The position numbers and the translations under genes were made by a program. This document shows, one piece after another, positions 41,554 to 55,251 of a stretch of DNA of 64,000 nucleotides. The stretch's first letter is position 1, and each line of letters opens with the position of its first letter. The notes beneath the pieces were generated by a model, which saw only the letters and a program-made list of their open reading frames with translations, was not told the DNA's origin and did no database searches. This stretch comes from Octopus vulgaris. Its lineage: Eukaryota. Location of the stretch: the NCBI GenBank assembly GCA_951406725.2, contig OX597817.1, positions 65,596,001 to 65,660,000 on the forward strand. Direction: 5' to 3'.

Positions 41554-42055
41554 TTAATAATAATGATAATAACAATAGCAAGAGCACTCAGAGAGCACAA
41601 ACCTCCGCCAAGGCAACACCAACGTCCTCTCAACGATCAGCCGGGGAGGATTTTTAAAATCATCGACTGCTCTCACAAAGAGAATGCTAGTAATGAACTC
41701 GACCACTCTCAGAAATTAAATAAAAAAAAAACGGAAAAATTAAACCAGAATCCTTGTCCGGTACCTGATTGATCCCAATGGCAGTCACGGAATGTGAAGG
41801 TGGGAGTGCAGGCCGTGTTTGTAATGTTGTTTGAGTGTGTGTCTGTGTGTGTGGTCTGCAATGGGAACAGGGACAGTTTTCTCTATGAAGGCCTTTTTTA
41901 GTCTATCCACTGATATAGTGTTTTTATGACCATTACAGCGAAAAATTTATTCGTGCGTGAAAGAAAAGGGAAAGGACAAAAACGTGAGTCAAAGAAGTAA
42001 ATCTTCCTCCTAGGCGGAGCTAGAAATGCAATTGTCAAGTAGATAAGAGGTTTTA

Positions 42056-42424
42056 CGAGGGGCGTTCAATAAGTAATGACCCTGACCCACTTCTCATAGC
42101 AGTAGAGCAACGAAATTTGGCACAGTTATTAGTCTTTTTCTACATAGGAACCACCCAGAGTTACGCATTTCTCCCAATTTGGCGAATAGTTATGCGTCGA
42201 TCTTCCAAAATGGCAGCCTCAACTTGACGGACAGATGCCTCATCAATGGCAGAAGGAGGGCGACCAGATCTGGGAGCTGTTTCCACAGAGTTCCACTCAG
42301 TTCAAACACATGTAAATCAGAAACCACAATTAGTTCAGAGCTGTAATTTGCCATTTAATCTATAGAGATATAAATAATTGCAACTGCAAGTGGGTCAGAG
42401 ACATTACTTATTGAACGCCCCTCG
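42056..42424 (-). mobile_element. Internally deleted mariner transposon
   Basis: TA-flanked TIRs CGAGGGGCGTTCAATAAGTAATG. The minus strand encodes NSVETAPRSGRPPSAIDEASVRQVEAAILEDRRITIRQ and the C-terminal EKCVTLGGSYVEKD*. Confidence 0.92.
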
Positions 42425-42897
42425 TAAGCAGGAGCGATTGGTAAAACTAAAAATTGTCGAGGATAGATTAAATTTATTACTGAATATGTTAATGTTATTT
42501 AATTTCCGAACGGTTTTGCTGCCGCTTGTTTATGTAATTTGATTTCTTTATCCATTAGTTTCTTCTAAGATAGAAGTGCGAGTAAAATGAATTACAGAGA
42601 AACGAAAATAAAACTTTGGAAAGAGCAACGCCGCCACAACTTACGTAGAAACCATGAGCGTGCTTTCAAGGGAGATAATCAGAGAAAGACTTGAAAGTCA
42701 ACGTAAAACCGTAATACTTCATGAAAAGTAAAGTAAATATAACAAATAATCCAGAATCCTTGTCCAGTACCGGATCGATCCCAAAATCTAATCAGCTCGT
42801 ACCAGTCAGGACGCGAAACAGCCCTAAAAATTAAACTTCATTTTGGTTAATATCACTTGATAACAATGGCACTCTTCTTTTTTTTAGCTTCTAATAC

Positions 42898-42957
<60 letters not shown>

Positions 42958-42964
42958 GGTTATA

Positions 42965-43375
42965 GGCGCAGGAGTGGCTGTGTGGTGCTCCCCAACCACA
43001 TGGTCCTGGGTTCAGTCACACTGCGTGACACCTTGGAAAGTGTCTTCTACTATAGCCTCGGGCTGACCAAAGCCTTGTGAGTGGATTTGGTACACATAAA
43101 CTGAAAGAAACCCGTCGTGTATATATGGTGCTCCAGCATGGCCGCAGTCAAATGACTGAAACAAGTAAAAAAGTTTTTAAAATAAAATATGTGTGTGTGT
43201 GTGTTTGTCTTCCCACCATCGCTTAACAACCGATGTTAGTCTGTTTACGTCCTCGTAACTCAGCGGTTGGCAAAAGAGACCGATAGAATAAGTACCAGGC
43301 TTACAAAGAATAAGTCCTGGGGTCGATTTGTTCGACGAAAGGCGGTGCTCCAGTAGTAAAAAAAAAATAAAAGAG
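42965..43375 (+). mobile_element. Family B SINE (rearranged)
   Basis: Head GGCGCAGGAGTGGCTGTGTGG; the tail motif GGTGCTCCAG occurs twice. Confidence 0.8.
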
Positions 43376-43867
43376 TAAATGCAAATAACCAATAAGGTAG
43401 TGAAAATGAACGTTGAAATATCAGCATATGGGAATGATGTACAGTCTTTTGCTTAGCAGTATACGCTTAAACACAAGTTTTTGTACTATTTATAACATTA
43501 TAAATAAAACTTATGAATTATGGAAAAGAAAATTATCGTTTGATTTATCAATTCACACAGTAACTGTCTAAAAAATGTTGGGAACCTTTTGTAAAAATAT
43601 AAAGAAAAATATTCTGCTGCTATTCTGTTGTTATTGTTGCTGTTGGTGGTGGTTGTGGTGACGGCGATGGTAGTAACAGTGGTGGTGATGGTGGTGGTAG
43701 TAGTTATTCCTACTCCAAAGCTGGTCGAACAGCCCCAGGATTAAATGTATTCTTGTAATGTTTCTTTCAGGTTTTAAGTTTAAAATATTGAATATCTTAT
43801 TTCATTATTGTTTTAAAGATAGTTTGTGTTATTTGAGAGAAAGAGTGAGCGGTTGAAGAGAAAGCGG

Positions 43868-43910
<43 letters not shown>

Positions 43911-44823
43911 ATTTGTTGTCTCTAGCAAGTCAAGCGACAGCGTAGAACTTGACCCTCACCCACCTTTGCCTTATTCTGTTGTATTAAGTACTGGATGTAT
44001 TCTGCTAAACTTCACTTCCACTAAATATAATAAACGGTGAGTTTGAGTATTTCCAATGCTTTCATTATCAGAAATAACCTCAGTATGTTAAATACAGTGT
44101 TCAAAGAAAGGTATGGGAGATTAGTTAACATTATTGTTTTGTCGAGTTAGCAAGGGAAACAACTTCGAGCATTTTTACTTTATTTTAGCCGTCGTCAGCG
44201 AAAGAGAAAAGTTATCGGATAGACTTATACTAGTGGCAGGTGAATATTTTCTTCCTCTTTCCCACTCAAGGTAATTGCCTTCTCTTCTATTCTTTTGATG
44301 AGAAATTACTTTTGCAATTAATCATTACGGTAACCCATGTATTCTTGTTTTTCTTTTTCGTGATTCTTCCTCCTCACAACTTTCTGTCTTTAAAATCTGT
44401 GGTTTCGTTTAAATTTCTACAAGATTTCAATATTTACATTAATCGCATCAATGTCACACAATTCTAAGTTAACCGAAAAAGAAAAAAATGCTGCTCCTCT
44501 TCCTTAAACTAGGGAATTTGAATAAAAGACACACATACAGTAAGAGAAGAGAGAATAATTAAAATGATATCATAGAGAGTATGAGAAGAATGAAACTTAG
44601 AGCAAGAAGAATAAACAGAAAAAAGATAGAAAAATTATGAGAGAGGAAGAAAAAGGAAGAAAGAATACGAAATGGTATAGAAAATAGTGAACAGTATGTA
44701 TTAGTACAACCATTGTAAAGTCTAATCATACAATAGTAAAATGGAGATGGTAAATACTCCTTAACTAAACCTGTAGCTATTTCTATATTTTTTCCAGTGT
44801 GATGTAATGGTCAGCAACAGGAA

Positions 44824-44896
44824 ATGACGTCACTGGGATGGAAGCTGTTTCTCTTAATGATGGTGTTCTCCAACAGTTGCCATGGTCTACCCCCAG
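44824..44896 (+). CDS. First coding exon of a secreted Kunitz-like protein: signal peptide MTSLGWKLFLLMMVFSNSCHG-LPP
   Basis: Acceptor TATTTTTTCCAG ends at 44797, with an in-frame TGA at 44800 upstream of the ATG. The peptide has a basic residue, a hydrophobic core and a C-H-G cleavage context. The phase-1 donor CAG|GTATGT matches the phase of the downstream domain exons, giving LPP-E-C. Confidence 0.7.
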
Positions 44897-45074
44897 GTAT
44901 GTAATTTCTTCAATATACATGTGTACGCGCCCGTGCGCGCGCACTCACACACGCAATTACATGTGCATCAATATTCGTTGTTGTGCACTTGTATTCAAAT
45001 TTCCGTGTTTGCATACCATCCACATATATTCCCACAGGTGAGTAGGTTAGTATGCGTACGTTCACGTGAAAATG

Positions 45075-45194
<120 letters not shown>

Positions 45195-45222
45195 AATACA
45201 TACATACATACATAATTCTATT

Positions 45223-45363
45223 AACAGTTTGGTTCGGCTCCATGTAACTTGAAGTTTTGAAGTCTTGTAAAACGAACTTAGGTCCCCAGGCAGAAGCAAC
45301 CGAACTAGGTTCGTTTTACAAGCCCACGAAAATTCGAGTTGCATGGAGCCGAATCAAACAGTT
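45223..45363. mobile_element. Palindromic MITE-like hairpin (arms of about 57 bp)
   Basis: AACAGTTTGGTTCGGCTCCATGTAACTTGAA...CTTGTAAAACGAAC pairs with GTTCGTTTTACAAG...TTCGAGTTGCATGGAGCCGAATCAAACAGTT. Confidence 0.8.
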
Positions 45364-46404
45364 TTTAAATAATATCTGTAACTTCTACCAAATGTGTTGA
45401 GAACCACTTCCGTTTGTTTCTATATAAATATACATACAAATACAGACGTACACGCATACCATTTTAGTTTTTTATGTAAGAACTGAAGCAAACCCATTGA
45501 AGCCATTCTGAGCTCTCTGTCGAAGGGTTGACAATTCAAAATCTTAGCGACCGTTAATTTGCTCTAGATTTGCCCTACAGTGGGATGAATTTTTGAAGTG
45601 ATGATTAACAACTCTGTTATATGAGTTTTAGTTCTCACCGCTACACTCAAACAAACCCCAATATCTATTAACAAAGATGAAAAAAAGTGTTATTTACGGA
45701 GTCAGAATTTTGGTTGATACGCCATAAGTAAGTATTGTAATATTCACAGATATATAGTATATTTATGTAATTATAGTTTATAGGTGGTTTATACACACTG
45801 ACCTTTAATGGGTATAAAATCCTACATGATATTCATTTGGAAAATTAACATCGTTTATACCCAAAACCTACAAATAACTTGTTGAAATATCGAAATAACC
45901 CATCACTCAGTTTCTCTTCCCAACGTTCGCGTTGTGTATCAGTCATATTTTCAGACCATATACTAAACTAAACACTTTGTTGAACCCTTCTTGGCATTAC
46001 GCCTCTTTAAAATTTTTTTACCTGTCTTTCAAACAATTATCTACAACTGAAATTTAATGTTAAACAAATTGAACAGTCAGATTGAGTGGAGATTTTTTCT
46101 GGTTCAGTGTGCTCCAGAAAAAAGTGTTGCTACTAAGCAATAGACCAAGCAACAAATATGCAGTCATTCTGACGAGTCTTTGATACAGCAAGTTCACTTA
46201 GCATTGCGTTCATAACTGGGCATTGCTTTTTACTAGATTAAACATGATCATATAAAGTGAAATACTGAACCAACAGTTCGATACAAACATAACACCGGAA
46301 GTAGAAATTTAGTAACTTTCTCACTTAGACGGTTTTTTGTTCCTACTCTTGTTTACCCTTCATAACAACAATGATACTGTTCTAAGTTCAGATTCATTCC
46401 TTGG

Positions 46405-46512
46405 TTTTCCTTCTTACGAGGTCGATAAAATAAGTACCAATTGAGCACTGGAGTCGATATAATCGACTTCCCTCTCCCCCGAAATTGTTGGCCTTATGCC
46501 AAAATTTGAAAC
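46405..46512 (+). mobile_element. Family A SINE 3' half
   Basis: GAGGTCGATAAAATAAGTACCAATTGAGCACTGG...GGCCTTATGCCAAAATTTGAAAC. Confidence 0.7.
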
Positions 46513-46595
46513 TGATAACTATGGTAATAATTACACTTTTTATATTTCTAATCTGAAGAAAGTGGCAGTGTCCATACGCTTTCACATGTCTCATC

Positions 46596-47080
46596 GACTA
46601 TGGCATGGGGAAGTATATGATATGGGGAGTCTATAATGACATGGTAGGGAAATTATGACATGGAGGTGTCTATATGGAGATGTTCATGTCATGGGGAAGA
46701 CTATGACATGGTGGAGGTGAATATGACAGGATATGACAGAATATGACCAATGATAAGGGAGAAACTATGACTTAGGGAAGTCTATGATATGAAGGAGCCT
46801 ATGAAATAGCGGGAAGGTTATGACATGGAGAAATTATGTCATGAGGAGACAATAACCTGAAGAAAATATGAAATAATGAGGATATTATGGCAAGGGGGAA
46901 ATTATAACATGGAGAAATTGTGTTGGGAGACAATAACATGAAGGATACTTTAACATGAGGAAGATAAGAGAAGGGAGATTATAACAGGAGAAACTAGACA
47001 TATAGGAGACTATAGGGGGCGGGGATACGACATGGAGCGGCTATAGTGTAGAAGAGATACGGGAGAGACTATGACATAAA
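46596..47080. repeat. Degenerate minisatellite of about 16-17 bp (GACTATGACATGGGGA-like)
   Basis: Recurrent TATGACATGG/GGAGA units over about 480 bp, purine-rich on the + strand. Confidence 0.75.
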
Positions 47081-48143
47081 GAGAGAGAAACAGACAGACA
47101 GACAGACAGAGTGACAAGGAGAAATAATTTGTTTACCGTTCAGTTATTGTTAAGTATTGATAGCAGGAAATAATATTGTGTAGGAAGTTGAAGAAGGATG
47201 CTGCGTCGTTGAAGAAATATTATTCAAATTATTTAGTATACGATCTGGAAGGGATGAAGAGGCATAATGTAAGTATTGAAAAAGCAATTGTAGTTTTATA
47301 AACAGGTAATAAATAAAGAAGTGTAATAAATTAGTATATTCAATGGAGTGTTTCAGAGTAGGTGTCAATAACTGTTTAAAAAGTTATGCATGATAAAAAA
47401 ATAAACTACGGTCAGAATATAGACATCCCAATAGGGAAGCAGCCACCCAGGATCAATTAAGGAATCCCACAGATCAAGCATTATCCTGGTAATTTGAGAA
47501 GTTTCGCTGACACTTGGAGTGGATTCTCGCTTTATTATGGAAGAGAGAGGGTATATGGTACTATATGATTTGTTTTCAAAATAATGAGGTGAACGCACAA
47601 CGTCAGATAATACGAGATAATATTTGAGAAGAAACACAAGAGTCACCATCAAGGATATCGCTGGCGACGTCCACTTGTGACTCTTAGTCACTTTTATAGT
47701 GAGAAGATACACAGAGCCGACGTAATTTGTGGTGTTACGTGGTCAGCTGGAATCACTATAGATATGGATGTCCTAATGACCCCGCAAGACTACAAAGCAA
47801 CTCTTTAATAGGAGCCTCTCGTAGATGCTGAGAGAAAGGCTTTATGACTACAAGCAGGGCAGAAAGACCAGCTGCTGCATATGTAACAACAAAAGCCTTT
47901 TAAGGATTTTCTGTCCAATAGATATGAAATGGAAAAAGCAATAATAATAGCAACAAACTTCAGAGGCTACTTATCCTTAGGCAGAAAAGCAGTAGAAGGT
48001 GGCACCGTTCGTAACTCTGGAGACACCGCAGAAAATTTTCACTTCTTCATTTCCAGAAGTCAACCACAAGACCCAGAAACTCTCACACTCAGTTACAGCC
48101 TGCTGTGACAATGAGCAAGAGAGTGGCCCACTGTAGCAACAAC

Positions 48144-48287
48144 AAAAATTTAAATAGTAATTAAAATGTGTGAGGAATGGTACATTTTCCCTGCTGTGAA
48201 AACATGGAGCGGTGCTGTAGTCAGCTAATGTATAATTACGGCTCTAAGGTACGCTTATCAGCGCTAGTGGATTTTTAAAGTCATATC

Positions 48288-48373
<86 letters not shown>

Positions 48374-48610
48374 TGTGTGTGTGATCGTGTGTGTGTGTCG
48401 AAGAGAATTGGCAAACTTTTGCTAAAACGCTGCGAAAAAGCAACCAGGATCGTCGTAAAAATTTAAATAGTAATTAAAATGTGTGAGGAATGGTACATTT
48501 TCCCTGCTGTGAAAACATGTGAGCGGTGCTGTAGACAGCTAACGTATAATTACGGCTCTAAGGTGCGCTTATCGGCGCTAGTGGATATTATTATATAGTC
48601 ATATGCATCG
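48144..48610. repeat. Direct duplication of about 145 bp, each copy followed by (TG)n
   Basis: AAAAATTTAAATAGTAATTAAAATGTGTGAGGAATGG... starts at 48144 and again at 48457. Confidence 0.9.
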
Positions 48611-48626
48611 TGTGTGTTTGTGTGTC

Positions 48627-48680
<54 letters not shown>

Positions 48681-49355
48681 CGGCAAAAGTGTGTGTGTGT
48701 GTGTGTACAAAAGTAAGTGTGTGAGTGTGCTGATCGTTTGTGTGTATGTGTGTATATATACATGTGCATGTATGTGTGTATATGTATATATATATATATA
48801 TATACATACACACACATACACGCACACACGCGCACACACACACATATATGTATATACATATGCACAAACATAAATATATACCAGGTGCGGCATGTATATA
48901 TACCTACTATTCATTTTACAAAGTGAAAAGTTTTAGGTTTTGGTTAATGAAGGTCCATATATCTTAACGTTTCTGACGTTAGTTCTTCACCAGAATAAAG
49001 ATAAACGCATAGAGAGAGTGAGAATGAGGAATGTGAACTTAGTTGGGGAAATCAGCACACTTAATTTATACCCTAATTATTTCTTCATTAATATAGTTTC
49101 GTACTGACTTCCCCAACTAAATTCACATTAACTTAACTTTGTATATATTGCATAGCCTTTAGCTTCTAACTAATGACCCCTGTAATATGGACCATCCCAT
49201 TAACCACACTCTATAACGTTTTACCCTTGCTATATCCCCCAGTAAATTGAAATAAGATGTAATCTCATAACCAATGTATATTACCTTGGAATTGGCTTTT
49301 TTACCATTTATTATTTTATTTTACTTCCCCACATGTTTGATTCTTACCATTATGG

Positions 49356-49501
49356 ACTCTCTGATGAAGCTTTGGGGCTCAATTATTATCCAACCTCTGT
49401 CCAACCTTTGTTCAGCCTTTGAGCACAATCTCTGTATAATATTGATATGATGTGTCAACTTTGGCAGGATGGAGCCCCAAAGTAGAAACAGATGTAAGAG
49501 T
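49356..49501 (+). ncRNA. Type I hammerhead ribozyme motif with long stem II and 91-nt loop
   Basis: Stem I ACTCT/AGAGT, perfect core CTGATGA (49361-49367), 12-bp stem II GCTTTGGGGCTC/GAGCCCCAAAGT, GAA, stem III ACA-GA-TGT, and a GUA cleavage triplet ending at 49496. There is an A-A opposition at the base of stem II. Confidence 0.7.
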
Positions 49502-49664
49502 ATAGTATTATTCACTCATTTATTCCTATTTGTTTATTTACTTTTTTATTTACATATTTATACATATGATTGTAATTAATAAATAGATCCAATTGATGTT
49601 TGCAATCTGATGTTTGCTAATTAATTACCTTTTCCATTTTCTTCATTGCCTTATATACATGCAT

Positions 49665-49751
<87 letters not shown>

Positions 49752-50022
49752 AAACGGTAAGATAACAAAAGAAAGAGACCTCAATATTATGTAAATGGAA
49801 ATTTATCTATACAATGATATTACATTACTCAGTTAGTCAAATAAAACTCTGAGTTTCAGATGCCGAAGTGGGAACGCACTATATATTTGGTTGTTATATT
49901 TGAAAACGCTATGGAAACGGTATTTTTTCATAGCGTTTTTTAGCCAGATAACCGAAGAATCGTGGATTACTTCGATCTGCCAGAGTTTTATCTTGACTAT
50001 CGAGTAATGTAACATATCATTG

Positions 50023-50085
<63 letters not shown>

Positions 50086-50324
50086 GCATGTGTGTTTATA
50101 TGTATAAATTATTTTATTTATTTTTATTTTACAAATACACTTTATTGTATAAATACTTTCACTCCTTTCGTTTTTTTTTTTATAACTAGTTTGGCCCATC
50201 TCATGTCTTTGTAAGTCCTGTTTGAAAGATTGCTTTTTCATTTCTGTATGTATGACTGAATGCTATATGAAACTTTCCTGAGTGGTTTATATACCATTTT
50301 TTCTTGTGGTTACTATTGATGTCG

Positions 50325-50755
50325 TTGGTGAGTTGGCAGAATTGTTAGAGTGTCGGATAAAAAACCTTACAATATTTCTTGTGCCTTTTTACGTTCTGAG
50401 TTCGCACTCCGTGACTTTGCCTTTCATCCCTCCGGTGTCGATACAATAGAATACCAGTCAAATATTGGAGTCGAATGCACCGGACTACTTCATTCCACTC
50501 AGAACTGCTGACGTTGTGCCTAAATCAGAAACCATTAATTGGTGAAGATTTAGCAGAATCTTAGCGCGTCGGACAGAATGCTTAGCGGAAATACTTTCGA
50601 ATCTTTTATGTTCTGAGCTCAAATTCCGCCGCGGTTAGCCTTGCCTTTGATCTTTTCTGTATCGATGAAATATGTACCAGTTGATTACTAGAGTCGATAT
50701 AATATACAATCATCTCCCACAAAATTTCAGGCCTTGTACCTACAGTAGAAAGAAT
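50325..50755 (+). mobile_element. Two tandem diverged family A SINEs
   Basis: Heads GGTGAGTTGGCAGAATTGTTAG and TTAGCAGAATCTTAGC, each followed by the family A core. Confidence 0.7.
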
Positions 50756-50979
50756 TATCATTATCACCGTCTTAATCATCTTCATTCTCATCATTAATTT
50801 ATAAGGGTTTTTGTTTATTTTTGTAGCACAGCGATGACCGGTTCACTGATATTCTGTTTCACTCTATCTAATAAAAGATCGTTGAAGATCAATCCAAATT
50901 TGAACGAATACTATACACGTTCGAAGTTACGTATTATTAAAAAATATAACGTACATACAATACTTAATACTTAAAAACT

Positions 50980-53530
<2,551 letters not shown>

Positions 53531-54205
53531 AACTGAACTGCGTCGAGAGAATATGAGAGAGGGATAATGCTCACGCAGCGATTAGAGTTATTGTTAATTG
53601 AAAGAAAATGTTTATCTCGTGACTAGAATTTCACGCCGCAGCTATTTACCAGTTCTTACCTAATGATCGCAGTGGCGTAAAACTCGAGTCTTGAAATAAA
53701 TATTTTATCATAGTAAACTACACACCCACATGCACACACGCGCGCGTGCACGCACGCAAATGCTCACATATATTATCAATATGACATGCCTAATATATGT
53801 TGGTTGTCAATCACTTTTAGGCTGCAGTATTTCTTCCAGGGATGATCCCTTTAAATATGTAAAATTTAAAGAAAAACGCAATATACTTCAGCCCGGCGAA
53901 ACGAATTGCCGCGTTGATGAGCGAGAACGACAGATGTCGATATTTCACTGCTATTTCAACTGATTGATGCTGTATACTTGATTTTCCCTCGAAACAAATT
54001 CAGATCATTGGACTGAAGTATATACTTGTACAAGTAGCGTGAAATCTATAAGCTGGTGTGCTTCAATGTTTGTACATTATTGATAAACTCCCTATAACCA
54101 ATCGTCATTATGCAGCGGTAACATCCATGCTTTTAGTTGAAGTTCAAACTGAAATTTTAGGCTTCTAGTCAAACTTGAGCTGTAATTGCACGTACCTATT
54201 ACTAT

Positions 54206-55161
54206 TGTTGCGGAAGGATTCTGACCATCCACCAACTGACTAAAGGTGGACTGACTCATTGTTATAAAACAAAGAACTGTGAGCGATTGGTAGTTCGGGT
54301 TGGTAAACAGTTCACAGTAAGCCGTTGATACAGGGCGTTGAGTCTCGTGTAATATTAATAGTAGCGCGTCGTGTAAATATTTTCTTTCCCTCCTTCTTCG
54401 TTATATTATATATTCAACATACAAAGATTATAAAAGTAGTGACGAGGATATAATCAGAACTCACGCAGGAATATCCCCCACAAAATTAATATTTGCTAGA
54501 AAGGTCAGATCGATCTTTGATAAGTTGATACCGAGTGAAAATAAAAAAGGCGAACAACAAAATTACTTCAAAATTCTTCAAGTTAGGTGACAATTTTTTT
54601 AATAAAGCCTATAGATATAGTAAAGACAACTGGGAGAACTGTAATTATAAAACAAATTGGAAGAATGTTATTCCTGGTAAGAGGAAAAAAGGTCGAATAT
54701 AAAAGACATATTAACCAGCTTAAAAAGAGATTCCCGAAAAAATGCAGTCACGAGAAATGAAATTCCCATGGAAGTATTGTACGACCCATTTTTGGTACCA
54801 ACATCCAAGCAATTTGTAACACGTTCTAGCACCAGAAAAAGGAAAAGAACGGAAACATAGGAATTGAACCCTAAGAGTAAGAGATATTAAAACTTTGAGC
54901 GGAGTTCTATTCTCAAATGGGTAGAAGCGAGGGGAGGCTGATTCTAAAAAGGGAGAGGTTGTGGAAGGATTCCGACCCTCCATCTCACCCAAGTGACTGA
55001 AGGTGAACTGAATCATTGTTATAAAACATAGAACTGTGGGCGATTGGCAGTTTGGGGTGGTAAGCAGTTCGCTGTAAACCGTTGAGTAGTGCGTCGTGTA
55101 AATACTTTCTCCCCCTCCCTCGTTTTGTTATATTATATATCCAACATACGAGGATATAAAA
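54206..55161 (+). mobile_element. Miniature (TRIM-like or internally deleted) LTR retrotransposon
   Basis: Direct repeats at about 54206-54435 and 54958-55161 begin TGTTGCGGAAGGATTC / GTTGTGGAAGGATTC. A PBS-like TAGTGACGAGGAT lies at 54437-54449, and a polypurine tract AAAAAGGGAGAG at 54946-54957 sits directly before the second repeat. Confidence 0.7.
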
Positions 55162-55169
55162 AGAATATG

Positions 55170-55251
<82 letters not shown>

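Noticed and set aside
45026-45043. TTCCCACAG|GTGAGT as a recursive splice site or alternative donor
   Set aside because: The pyrimidine tract is weak. As a donor extending the signal exon it would include an in-frame stop (GGT ATG TAA). It is unsupported without RNA data.
46596-47080. Reflectin-like Met/Tyr/Gly/Asp coding repeat or CRISPR-like array
   Set aside because: The unit length is not a multiple of three, stops are frequent, there are no unique spacers, and the context is eukaryotic.
48230-48255. TAATTACGGCTCTAAGGTACGC resembling the LSU rRNA I-CeuI/R2 target region
   Set aside because: The similarity is short and gapped, and the flanks are not rRNA-like.
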